Assembly: GCA_000002435.2 (NCBI GenBank)
Contig: CM018789.1
Length of the DNA stretch: 64,000 nt
DNA from: Giardia intestinalis
Lineage: Eukaryota
Direction: 5' to 3' (one strand)
Position numbers and translations under genes: made by a program
Shown here: positions 31,539-41,210 of the stretch, piece by piece
Layout: each line of letters begins with the position of its first letter
How positions within the stretch are numbered: position 1 is the first letter of the stretch
The notes under the pieces: generated by a model
The model's input: the letters and a program-made list of their open reading frames with translations, nothing else
The model's database searches: none
Told to the model about the DNA's origin: nothing

Positions 31539-33602
31539 ATGTTACTAAAAATAACCTTGACACTTGCAATTGCACTGTCAGCGTGCCAGGAGGGAACTGA
31601 AGCCACTAAGTGCAAGACTGGCAAATGCATTGACATCGGAGGCACGCAATATTGCAGTGAATGTGCTGTTTCTACTGAGGCTCCTGTAAACGGCCAGTGC
31701 GCAGATGCATCGTCTAATACAGCAATATGCAAGGCACACGCAGGCGGAAAATGCACCGAATGTGACGGCGATTCCTTCATGTACAAAGGCGGATGCTATG
31801 AGACAACCAATGAACCAGGACAGAGCATGTGCAAAAGTACTAACAATGCCGGCGTCTGTACAGCCCCCAACGACTCTGGAAAATACTTCGTCCCTCCAGA
31901 TACAGATGCATCTCATCAGTCTATTGTGGCGTGCGGTGACACCTCGGGGATGAGGTACCAGCCAGACGATAGTACTGACAAAGCGTACAACGGCGTGGCT
32001 GGTTGTGAGACATGCACCGCGCCGCAGCAGATAACTGACAATACTGGAACCGCCACAGCGACGTGCACGAAGTGTGCGAGCAATAATATCGTCAAGACAG
32101 ATGCGGATGAAACGACGTGCATCGCCGAGTCTGAGTGTCCCACGACAAAGGGCTTTTTCGTGGAAGACCCTGGCAGCGGGAATCAAAAGAAGTGCACGAC
32201 CTGTTCGCCAAATTGCCTCTCCTGTACAAGCGCTGCGGAAGCAGCTTGCAAGTCGTGTACAGTTGAGACGCACTTCCTGGGAGCAGAGGATGGACAAGTG
32301 GGCAAGTGTGTGTCATGTGGAGACGCTGCTACAGGCTCTGGTGACTGGAAGGGCGTCACGGGCTGCGCCAAGTGCGCGAAGCCCGAGGCTGCGGGGGCCG
32401 CTACCTGCACCGAGTGCGCTAGCGACTACTTGAAGACAGAGGCCGGCGCAACATCCTGCGTAGAAAGGAACCGGTGCACCGGAGGATTCTTCCCCAACGA
32501 CGATGTAGACGGCAAAAAGCAGTGCGTTCCTTGCGGTGATGCAGCACATAAAGGCATACCCAATTGCCGGACATGCACAGAAAGCGGAGGCGCTGTAACC
32601 TGCGATGCGTGCACAGAAGGAAATACGCCTACCACGGACAAGACGGCGTGCATACCGTGCAGTGTGGATGGGTGCGACAGCTGTAACGAGGAGAACGTCT
32701 GCGCAAAGTGTGCTACTGACAAATATCTCACCTCCACGGGTCAGTGTGTAGACGACTGTGAGGCTCTCGAAGGCTATTACAGCGATAAGTCTACTAATAA
32801 GTGTGAGAAGTGTAGTCCTGCATGCAAGATGTGTACAAAGACGGCTGATCAATGCTCGAGCTGCCCTGCAAAGAAGGTGCTTCAGTATAGTAGCGAAAGC
32901 AACCTAGATTATGGCGGCTCGTGTGTAGATGAATGTAAGGCAGGTATGAATGGCTGTGCAGAGTGCGGCGCAACTATCGGAGAGGCCAAGTATTGCTCCA
33001 AATGCAGCGACGCCAAGCAAGCACCACTGAACGGTAACTGCACTGTTAGCGCTAGGGCAGCTGCATCATGCAAGCGAGTGGAGGAAGGCGCATGTAAAGA
33101 ATGCGAAACAGGATACTTTCTTCTCGAAGGTGGATGCTATCAGACAACGAGACAGCCTGGCATGCAGGTATGTAAGACAGCCAATGGGGGGTCGTGCCAA
33201 ACCTGTGCGAACGAGTTGGCTGCTAGCAGCGGAGACTGCTCTACTCAGACATGCCATCCTAGCTGTAAGACGTGTAGTGCAGCCAATGATGCTAGCAAAT
33301 GCAAAGTATGTGCCGCCGGATACTACAAACAAAGCGATGAAAACACCGCTGGAAAATGTGATCCGTGTTCACAGGGTAATGATAAATGTACCTTATGCAG
33401 ATATTCTACGAAGTTCATATGCCTTGCAAAGGATTCATCTGATGGAGACGGAACCGATACCAAACCCGTTGATCCTCCTTCTAGCAACAAGAGCGGGCTC
33501 TCCACGGGCGCCATCGCTGGCATCTCCGTCGCAGCCATCGTCGTCGTCGGAGGGCTCGTCGGCTTCCTCTGCTGGTGGTTCATCTGCAGAGGCAAAGCGT
33601 AG
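31539..33602 (+). CDS. vsp: variant-specific surface protein (VSP), full length (~687 aa from first ATG)
   Basis: The ORF track starts at TTG 31521; the first ATG (31539) gives MLLKITLTLAIALSACQ, a typical VSP signal peptide. There are dozens of CXXC motifs, GGCY motifs (KGGCYETT, LEGGCYQTT), a C-terminal TM helix (GAIAGISVAAIVVVGGLVGFLCWWFI) and the invariant cytoplasmic tail CRGKA followed by stop. Confidence 0.93.
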   Translation: MLLKITLTLAIALSACQEGTEATKCKTGKCIDIGGTQYCSECAVSTEAPVNGQCADASSNTAICKAHAGGKCTECDGDSFMYKGGCYETTNEPGQSMCKSTNNAGVCTAPNDSGKYFVPPDTDASHQSIVACGDTSGMRYQPDDSTDKAYNGVAGCETCTAPQQITDNTGTATATCTKCASNNIVKTDADETTCIAESECPTTKGFFVEDPGSGNQKKCTTCSPNCLSCTSAAEAACKSCTVETHFLGAEDGQVGKCVSCGDAATGSGDWKGVTGCAKCAKPEAAGAATCTECASDYLKTEAGATSCVERNRCTGGFFPNDDVDGKKQCVPCGDAAHKGIPNCRTCTESGGAVTCDACTEGNTPTTDKTACIPCSVDGCDSCNEENVCAKCATDKYLTSTGQCVDDCEALEGYYSDKSTNKCEKCSPACKMCTKTADQCSSCPAKKVLQYSSESNLDYGGSCVDECKAGMNGCAECGATIGEAKYCSKCSDAKQAPLNGNCTVSARAAASCKRVEEGACKECETGYFLLEGGCYQTTRQPGMQVCKTANGGSCQTCANELAASSGDCSTQTCHPSCKTCSAANDASKCKVCAAGYYKQSDENTAGKCDPCSQGNDKCTLCRYSTKFICLAKDSSDGDGTDTKPVDPPSSNKSGLSTGAIAGISVAAIVVVGGLVGFLCWWFICRGKA

Positions 33603-34712
33603 ATGTACTTAGGTAGTAAATGTGTCGGCTAATATCCATCCGCCCTCCGAGGCCTCGTCGCAGCTCTGCCCTGCAGTATGCGCCAGGGGAGCAGCCGGCC
33701 GTCTGGGTGCCGTGTTTGCCAACTGGTTCTCGAGCTCGCGGCTGCCCGGATCCAAGAGGCCCGTGCCGTCTGAGAGTGGCGCGACCGCCGCCCTCTGCCC
33801 CAGCCTTCTCCGCCCGGTGTCCTCGACAGGAAGCGGGCGGCCGGGCTAGGGTTCTTGCGCTATCGTTAGCCGCCACTAGATCCTCTCCTGTGCGGTGCAC
33901 CAGAGCTGGGCCGCCTGCTGTGCACTTAGAGGCCGCACGGATAGCCCGCCCAATCCTGGCCCTCTGAGGGCGGGTGGTTGTGACAGCAGGCAGGGGCTCC
34001 CCTCTACTCCTGCAGAGGGACGACCAGGAGCCCGGTGCGGTCATCGGTGCCTGGGCCTGTGTCTCGTGCAGCGCGGGCTGGAGAGCAGACACAGCCCCCG
34101 ACCAGAGCCCGGCCGCCACAACTGCGATCACCTCATCCACCACCGAAGTAGCTCACTGGAAGCTTAGGGGCACATACAGACACCGCCCCCCGGTCTCCAC
34201 CAGGAGCTCCTCCAGCCCTCACCGCCCCATACCCCTGCCTCACCAACCAGCCGGCCCGCTACGGGACCCAGGTGACCGCGACTGTGGGAGCGCGGCCCGG
34301 GCCACAGCTGACCGGACACCGAGGAGCGGCCAGCGGAGAGCCCGATGGCAGCCCCTGACAGACGGAAGCATCCAAAAAGACGGCGACCCGAGCTTCACCC
34401 ACCACGAAGGAAGACCAAGGAGAGGCGCCACGGGTAGACCAGAGAGTCCGCGAGAAGGCCAGGGCCCTGGACGCACACACCCACGGAGCGACCGAGGAAG
34501 GCGCCGGGCTCCTCGTGTGCCGATAGCGGGGATCCCCTTGCTGCGCCGTCCGCGGCCAGCACTCGTCTCCGGGCACGGCCAAAGGAGCGCGGCTTGTCTG
34601 GGAGCTCTCTGGGCCGCATCTAGGCAGGCGCAGCGAGCACAGGGAGGAGACCCGACCTCCTTCCCCGTCTTCTCCTGCTCCCGGAGCTGGGTGGCGCCGG
34701 GCGTCGGAACCA
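32352..34712. repeat. left arm of ~2.36 kb near-perfect inverted repeat (VSP 3' two-thirds + ~1.1 kb GC-rich flank)
   Basis: Boundaries were located by direct comparison with the reverse complement of 37199-39556. Identity begins at …cgtcacgggctgcgccaagtgcgcg (left 32352 / right ~39556) and ends at …gttcCgacgcccggcgccaccc (left ~34712 / right ~37199). The translated ORF pairs are identical (33130-33612 = 38296-38778; 33323-33595 = 38313-38585; 33066-33332 = 38576-38842; 32426-32737 = 39171-39482). Only a few single-residue differences are visible (C/Y in 33580-34143 vs 37765-38328; A/V in 33622-33849 vs 38059-38286). Confidence 0.9.
33607..33621 (+). promoter_or_regulatory. VSP extended polyadenylation signal ACTYAGRTAGTRAAY
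   Basis: ACTTAGGTAGTAAAT lies 4 nt after the VSP stop codon (gcgTAGatgtACTTAGGTAGTAAATgtg). It matches the conserved Giardia VSP 3' motif, which contains the general AGTRAAY poly(A) signal. Confidence 0.7.
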
Positions 34713-35040
34713 GACGTCCGAGACGCCGCCCGATACGAGGAAGTGGACTAAGAACGTATTTGCTGGAAACCACCTCAGCGATCAACACTGTATCATCCTC
34801 GGAGTCACATACAGTGCCACGGCCGATGGCAAGACAGATTAATCACGTCCCGGAATGCGCCACTCCTATGCCCGCTGCTCTCACAGCCGTCGCCGGCCCC
34901 CAGGTAGTCAACGACCGTGGTGACACCAGCATACATACTTCTGCCTTGTTTACTAGGAGAAGGGCTGTATTGTCCCAGCACGATAGAAACTGGGTACGCA
35001 TACAAGCAAGGCAGACAGGAGAAGACATTGATCTGCGCCG

Positions 35041-37077
35041 TCACAGAAGATCCGGCTCCTCTAGAAGGAACTCGTTGTGGCTCTCTGACCCGGAATTTAT
35101 GCTGCGTAATTTGCTAACTCGGACCCCCCGCTTCTTCGCAAGATTGACGAGGAACGGAGTAGCCACGATGAAACCGACGATGATGAGGCCCAAGATAACA
35201 ATCGTAGAGATGAGTCCTGCACCCCTGCTGGAGAAGTTAAAGTCCGGCTTATCGCAGTAGAGACCCATGATTGAGCTGATGGCGAAAACCTGGCCAGACG
35301 TGCACCGCTCGCAAGAAATCACTTTCTTACTATCTATAACACAGGACGCACACCCACTTAGGCATTTAACGCATGTATTGTCACTATTAAAATAGTATCC
35401 CTGCACACACTCACCAGACTCACAAGTAGCGTCTGTACACTCTCCCTTGCAGCCTTCCAAGCACGGGGAGCACCGATCTCCATTAGCCGAAACGCCATAG
35501 CCGGCTAGGCACTCGCTGCACGAAGAGCCATTAGATGAATAGACTTTGCAATTTTCTACTTGTCCTTTTATGCAATTTTTATTATCAGACGACAGATAGA
35601 ATCCTTTCTTGCAAACGCTACATTGATCTATTGAGGAAACACACATCTCACAGTTGGCGACCCTACATTCTTCTAACGTATTTTTGCTACTATCATACCG
35701 GTAGCCATTGAACCCTGTTTTGCACTCGGAAAGTGACGCTCCAGTGCATATTTGGCAATTTTCTACGCACTTCTCACACATACCGTTGGTCAGATAAAAG
35801 CCTCCTCTGCATGCACTGCAACCCTGTGCAGAATCCGAAGCACTCTTCGCTTTAATACAGTTCTCCATCACGGAACCCACTTCGATGCACCTTCCATTCT
35901 GCAGGACAAAGCCCTCATCGCAATTAGTGCAGTTCGTTGCGGCGTTCTCACAAGTAAGGCAGTTGTCGTCACAATAAACACAGAGATTATCATACAGATA
36001 GTATCCATCCAGACACTCAGTACAATGAAAGCGATCGCTGCACTCTATGCAGCCCGCGATCGAACCATAGCAGGGGAGACAAAGATCATTCTCTAAGAAT
36101 CCCTTATTTGTGCAGTCTATCGATGGGGGATTAGAGCACCAGATACCATATATCTTTGGTCCTACAATAGGCTGAATCGAACCCTTACACCGAGTACAAA
36201 TGGGAACAGTTTGTTCTTGATCGAAGTAGCAGCTGTCACAGCCAGATGGACACTCAACGCACCTGGTCATGTATGAAGGATAGTAATATCCTGGCTTGCA
36301 TCCGGCCGAAAGGCACTTCCCAGGAAGCTGGTATTCGCTATTGGCACAGACTTCGCAGTTGCTCCCACATGCTTGGCAGGCGCCTTCAGAAGTGAGGGCA
36401 TAGCCGGGCATGCAGAAAGTGCACTTGCTGGAATCGCACGTGCTGCAATTGCCAGTACAACTTACACATGTTGCTGATTGTGACGTTGTTGATGGCGTAG
36501 AAAGCCTATAACCTGGCTTGCAGACAGTGCATGCTCCATCATCTGCGCAAGTGTCACAGTTAGCACTGGTACAGGCAGCTGGACTCTTCGTCGAGGGGTT
36601 AACATAGTACCCTGAGGCGGCCCTCGTGCACTCAGTGGCGCTCTTGCAGGATAGACAGTTATCAGCACACTTTGTGCAGGGGGCTGATCCCGCGCCCGAG
36701 TGGAAGTACCCCTCTGCGCAGGTCATGCACTTTCCTGTGTCATGGACGCACTTGCTACATCCTGGATATAAGTCATTGGGCTCCTTGCACGTCCCGTCCT
36801 GTGCTCTGCAGTGGGCCTCGCTGCACGCTGTGCACTTCCCCGGGCCGGTGCAGCGCTCACAGGTGGGATCGCACGGCTTGCAGTACCCTCCCTCGAGATA
36901 CGCCCCGGAAGCGCACCTCGTGCACGCGCCTGCCCCGGTGCACTCCAGGCACCACTTTATCGCCGCAGCGCACTCAACACACATGCTCCCGGTCAGGTAG
37001 TGGTTTTTGGGGCAGCTCATCTTCCCTCCACGCGAAGGCGCGGTGGCCAGAGCGACGAGCACCACCAACGCATGCAT
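35041..37077 (-). CDS. high-cysteine membrane protein (HCMP), VSP-like but lacking CRGKA (~678 aa)
   Basis: The ORF track starts at TTG 37080; the ATG is verified at 37075-37077 (MHALVVLVALATAPSRGG signal peptide). The ectodomain is rich in CXXC/CXC (…CTRCASGAYLEGGYCKPCDPTCERCTGPGKCTAC…). There is a single TM helix (LISTIVILGLIIVGFIVATPFLVNLA) and a 40-aa cytoplasmic tail ending …EEPDLL (no CRGKA). Confidence 0.8.
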   Translation of the reverse strand: MHALVVLVALATAPSRGGKMSCPKNHYLTGSMCVECAAAIKWCLECTGAGACTRCASGAYLEGGYCKPCDPTCERCTGPGKCTACSEAHCRAQDGTCKEPNDLYPGCSKCVHDTGKCMTCAEGYFHSGAGSAPCTKCADNCLSCKSATECTRAASGYYVNPSTKSPAACTSANCDTCADDGACTVCKPGYRLSTPSTTSQSATCVSCTGNCSTCDSSKCTFCMPGYALTSEGACQACGSNCEVCANSEYQLPGKCLSAGCKPGYYYPSYMTRCVECPSGCDSCYFDQEQTVPICTRCKGSIQPIVGPKIYGIWCSNPPSIDCTNKGFLENDLCLPCYGSIAGCIECSDRFHCTECLDGYYLYDNLCVYCDDNCLTCENAATNCTNCDEGFVLQNGRCIEVGSVMENCIKAKSASDSAQGCSACRGGFYLTNGMCEKCVENCQICTGASLSECKTGFNGYRYDSSKNTLEECRVANCEMCVSSIDQCSVCKKGFYLSSDNKNCIKGQVENCKVYSSNGSSCSECLAGYGVSANGDRCSPCLEGCKGECTDATCESGECVQGYYFNSDNTCVKCLSGCASCVIDSKKVISCERCTSGQVFAISSIMGLYCDKPDFNFSSRGAGLISTIVILGLIIVGFIVATPFLVNLAKKRGVRVSKLRSINSGSESHNEFLLEEPDLL

Positions 37078-37080
37078 CAA

Positions 37081-37125
37081 CAGCTGTCTAAAAGTATTAA
37101 TTTTTAATCTTAGATCGTGTTATTA
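37081..37125 (-). promoter_or_regulatory. AT-rich initiator region of the HCMP gene
   Basis: The minus-strand sequence just 5' of the ATG reads …ctaagattaaaaattaatacttttagacagctgttgATG. It sits only ~120 bp from the edge of the right repeat arm. Confidence 0.3.
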
Positions 37126-37198
37126 GTGGAAGTAGTGTTTGCTTGTTACCTCCTATTCGAGTAAATCTTTCGATTAAAGCGAGTCCCCATGCGCCTCG

Positions 37199-39556
37199 TT
37201 GCGACGCCCGGCGCCACCCAGCTCCGGGAGCAGGAGAAGACGGGGAAGGAGGTCGGGTCTCCTCCCTGTGCTCGCTGCGCCTGCCTAGATGCGGCCCAGA
37301 GAGCTCCCAGACAAGCCGCGCTCCTTTGGCCGTGCCCGGAGACGAGTGCTGGCCGCGGACGGCGCAGCAAGGGGATCCCCGCTATCGGCACACGAGGAGC
37401 CCGGCGCCTTCCTCGGTCGCTCCGTGGGTGTGTGCGTCCAGGGCCCTGGCCTTCTCGCGGACTCTCTGGTCTACCCGTGGCGCCTCTCCTTGGTCTTCCT
37501 TCGTGGTGGGTGAAGCTCGGGTCGCCGTCTTTTTGGATGCTTCCGTCTGTCAGGGGCTGCCATCGGGCTCTCCGCTGGCCGCTCCTCGGTGTCCGGTCAG
37601 CTGTGGCCCGGGCCGCGCTCCCACAGTCGCGGTCACCTGGGTCCCGTAGCGGGCCGGCTGGTTGGTGAGGCAGGGGTATGGGGCGGTGAGGGCTGGAGGA
37701 GCTCCTGGTGGAGACCGGGGGGCGGTGTCTGTATGTGCCCCTAAGCTTCCAGTGAGCTACTTCGGTGGTGGATGAGGTGATCGCAGTTGTGGCGGCCGGG
37801 CTCTGGTCGGGGGCTGTGTCTGCTCTCCAGCCCGCGCTGCACGAGACACAGGCCCAGGCACCGATGACCGCACCGGGCTCCTGGTCGTCCCTCTGCAGGA
37901 GTAGAGGGGAGCCCCTGCCTGCTGTCACAACCACCCGCCCTCAGAGGGCCAGGATTGGGCGGGCTATCCGTGCGGCCTCTAAGTGCACAGCAGGCGGCCC
38001 AGCTCTGGTGCACCGCACAGGAGAGGATCTAGTGGCGGCTAACGATAGCGCAAGAACCCTAGCCCGGCCGCCCGCTTCCTGTCGAGGACACCGGGCGGAG
38101 AAGGCTGGGGCAGAGGGCGGCGGTCGCGCCACTCTCAGACGGCACGGGCCTCTTGGATCCGGGCAGCCGCGAGCTCGAGAACCAGTTGGCAAACACGGCA
38201 CCCAGACGGCCGGCTGCTCCCCTGGCGCATACTACAGGGCAGAGCTGCGACGAGGCCTCGGAGGGCGGATGGATATTAGCCGACACATTTACTACCTAAG
38301 TACATCTACGCTTTGCCTCTGCAGATGAACCACCAGCAGAGGAAGCCGACGAGCCCTCCGACGACGACGATGGCTGCGACGGAGATGCCAGCGATGGCGC
38401 CCGTGGAGAGCCCGCTCTTGTTGCTAGAAGGAGGATCAACGGGTTTGGTATCGGTTCCGTCTCCATCAGATGAATCCTTTGCAAGGCATATGAACTTCGT
38501 AGAATATCTGCATAAGGTACATTTATCATTACCCTGTGAACACGGATCACATTTTCCAGCGGTGTTTTCATCGCTTTGTTTGTAGTATCCGGCGGCACAT
38601 ACTTTGCATTTGCTAGCATCATTGGCTGCACTACACGTCTTACAGCTAGGATGGCATGTCTGAGTAGAGCAGTCTCCGCTGCTAGCAGCCAACTCGTTCG
38701 CACAGGTTTGGCACGACCCCCCATTGGCTGTCTTACATACCTGCATGCCAGGCTGTCTCGTTGTCTGATAGCATCCACCTTCGAGAAGAAAGTATCCTGT
38801 TTCGCATTCTTTACATGCGCCTTCCTCCACTCGCTTGCATGATGCAGCTGCCCTAGCGCTAACAGTGCAGTTACCGTTCAGTGGTGCTTGCTTGGCGTCG
38901 CTGCATTTGGAGCAATACTTGGCCTCTCCGATAGTTGCGCCGCACTCTGCACAGCCATTCATACCTGCCTTACATTCATCTACACACGAGCCGCCATAAT
39001 CTAGGTTGCTTTCGCTACTATACTGAAGCACCTTCTTTGCAGGGCAGCTCGAGCATTGATCAGCCGTCTTTGTACACATCTTGCATGCAGGACTACACTT
39101 CTCACACTTATTAGTAGACTTATCGCTGTAATAGCCTTCGAGAGCCTCACAGTCGTCTACACACTGACCCGTGGAGGTGAGATATTTGTCAGTAGCACAC
39201 TTTGCGCAGACGTTCTCCTCGTTACAGCTGTCGCACCCATCCACACTGCACGGTATGCACGCCGTCTTGTCCGTGGTAGGCGTATTTCCTTCTGTGCACG
39301 CATCGCAGGTTACAGCGCCTCCGCTTTCTGTGCATGTCCGGCAATTGGGTATGCCTTTATGTGCTGCATCACCGCAAGGAACGCACTGCTTTTTGCCGTC
39401 TACATCGTCGTTGGGGAAGAATCCTCCGGTGCACCGGTTCCTTTCTACGCAGGATGTTGCGCCGGCCTCTGTCTTCAAGTAGTCGCTAGCGCACTCGGTG
39501 CAGGTAGCGGCCCCCGCAGCCTCGGGCTTCGCGCACTTGGCGCAGCCCGTGACGGC
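37199..39556. repeat. right arm of the inverted repeat (reverse complement of 32352-34712)
   Basis: See left arm. The arms are separated by a ~2.49 kb unique loop (34713-37198) containing the HCMP gene. Confidence 0.9.
38306..39556 (-). pseudogene. 5'-truncated VSP copy (C-terminal ~415 aa incl. TM + CRGKA + poly(A) motif) without signal peptide or native promoter
   Basis: This is the inverted duplicate of VSP residues from …VTGCAKCAKPEAAGAATCTEC to CRGKA. Upstream of the repeat boundary the frame continues only into unrelated sequence (…LYNLDLRGMRAGSAHRA), with no hydrophobic signal peptide and no ATG until 39580. The mirrored poly(A) motif (revcomp ACTTAGGTAGTAAAT) lies at ~38287-38301. 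Confidence 0.75.
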
Positions 39557-40481
39557 CCGGTGAGCGCTTCCGGCACGCATGCCCCGTAGGTCTAAGTTGT
39601 ACAGTGTTTGTGAACTGTAGCGGAGACAGAGAAAGGTGGAAGCTGCATGCAACTTCCATCGCGGGAGTGCACGTCCCCGGTGGTCTATGAAAATAACCTC
39701 ATGCTGCCAAGGTTTTACTGCGTACGAAAGTTAGTAACATGGTACTGGAGACAATCGGTGGATGGAATGAATCATCATCACCAGGAGGTAAGTTTTCTAG
39801 GAGCCTACACCGAGTACTCCCACACTCACAAGGAATCTCCCCTAGACCTCCCTCATGTACGCTGCTATTTCTGAGGGCACTGAGATAACTTAAAGGTACC
39901 CCCTCGACAGGGACAGAATGAACAGTAACAAGTACACCGCATTCATCCTTGTTGTCAAGGCCGAGCAGAGGGCTATGTTGGAACTACTCAAGCCAACCAA
40001 CAAGAGGGATATGGAGGCAGTGAGTCTCTGATTCCTCTCTAAAAACGAAGAGGTAAGGCAAATATAAGACCAGCAGTATTTACATGTCTATACACTGCTG
40101 CTCCAATGAGACAGTTCAGCTGGACACGTTACTTTTGTCAGAGTGTTGGTAAAGTATACGGATGAATTGAAGAGTGATCACGGCAGCACTGTCTTTATAT
40201 ATACAGTTGCTAATGATCACAAAGAATTTGTAGGATTGCTATTGAATAAAAGAGGGGCCTACAGGATACTAGCCGTTGAACTACTCTTATATTAGCGGCA
40301 TAGCATAACAAATCAGAATATGTCAAACTTCTCGCAGAGAAAAAGAGAAGTATAAAGACCATTCGGAGCTGGGATAGTCTTTTGCTCGGTCGACTACGTT
40401 TGCTGTGTATAGAAAGGAAGACTACAACTATCATAGTGTTTTCCACAAGAGTTCAGGGAGTAGCAAATTTGGTTGGTATAA

Positions 40482-41153
40482 ATGATAGCTCTTCATAGAT
40501 TCTCAAGAGTGATGACGGCGAAAACAATAAATTCTGGAACACAAGAATCGGTGATTATGTCTAAGGCGGCTCCGCAAGCTAGAAAGATAACACATTCTGA
40601 GGTTTTTCTTAAGGCAGAGAAGCTGGGACAGATTGTCCGTAATCAGCGCGGGGCTGTCACGGCTGACACAATAAGAAATGTTTTCGAATACCTTGACTTC
40701 GACAACAAGCGCTACATAACAATTCCCGTTCTAACAGGGTTCCTTACACAGTGCGAAGTCGTTGCAGATGATGTCTCTGTCTATAATGAAATCTTGCGCT
40801 ATCGTGAGTCTCGAATAAAGAAAGACGAGTATTTTGAAAAGCCTTCGATGGCCAAAGTGATGATTTCTCTAGAGGAGTTCTCATATTTCATGCTGTGCTC
40901 CACATTTACCAGCAAAGAGCTCCAGCCCATTCGGGAGTCATTTGAGTTGCTAGAGAAGATTACGCCGTCTCTGCGTGCTGACCAGCCAGGAACCCTTAAA
41001 ACTAACATTCTATTTAGAGAGCTACAGTTCTGGGGAATTATGACCCAAGATGAAATAGAACAAATAAGGCCCTTTTTTGGCATACTCCCAGACAGAAAAA
41101 CAATGGATGTTATCAACGCCGAGAAGATTCTGGCCCGGGTTTGTCTGGATTGA
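40482..41153 (+). CDS. hypothetical protein with degenerate EF-hand-like pairs (223 aa)
   Basis: ATG verified at 40482. The segments IRNVFEYLDFDNKRYITIPVLTGFL, ISLEEFSYFM and ILFRELQFWGIMTQDEIEQI resemble helix-loop-helix EF-hand spacing. Weak. Confidence 0.35.
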   Translation: MIALHRFSRVMTAKTINSGTQESVIMSKAAPQARKITHSEVFLKAEKLGQIVRNQRGAVTADTIRNVFEYLDFDNKRYITIPVLTGFLTQCEVVADDVSVYNEILRYRESRIKKDEYFEKPSMAKVMISLEEFSYFMLCSTFTSKELQPIRESFELLEKITPSLRADQPGTLKTNILFRELQFWGIMTQDEIEQIRPFFGILPDRKTMDVINAEKILARVCLD

Positions 41154-41210
41154 ACATGGTTATCAGTAAACCGGTTGGTCTCTCTCGCCCGTAAAAATAA
41201 AGAATTAAAA

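Noticed and set aside
33625-34712. GC-rich block as an rRNA gene fragment or telomeric repeat
   Set aside because: I could not find universal rRNA core motifs (e.g. GTACACACCGCCCGTC, sarcin-ricin AGTACGAGAGGA, CCCGCTGAACTTAAGC) or tandem TAGGG. An rDNA-spacer origin remains possible but is unproven.
33974-35260. 428-aa Arg/Pro/Ser-rich ORF (and 187-, 182-, 262-aa ORFs) in the GC-rich arm segments
   Set aside because: ORFs occur in every frame on both strands of this block. The translations are compositionally biased nonsense. This is characteristic of GC-rich non-coding DNA, so it is reported as a finding rather than a gene.
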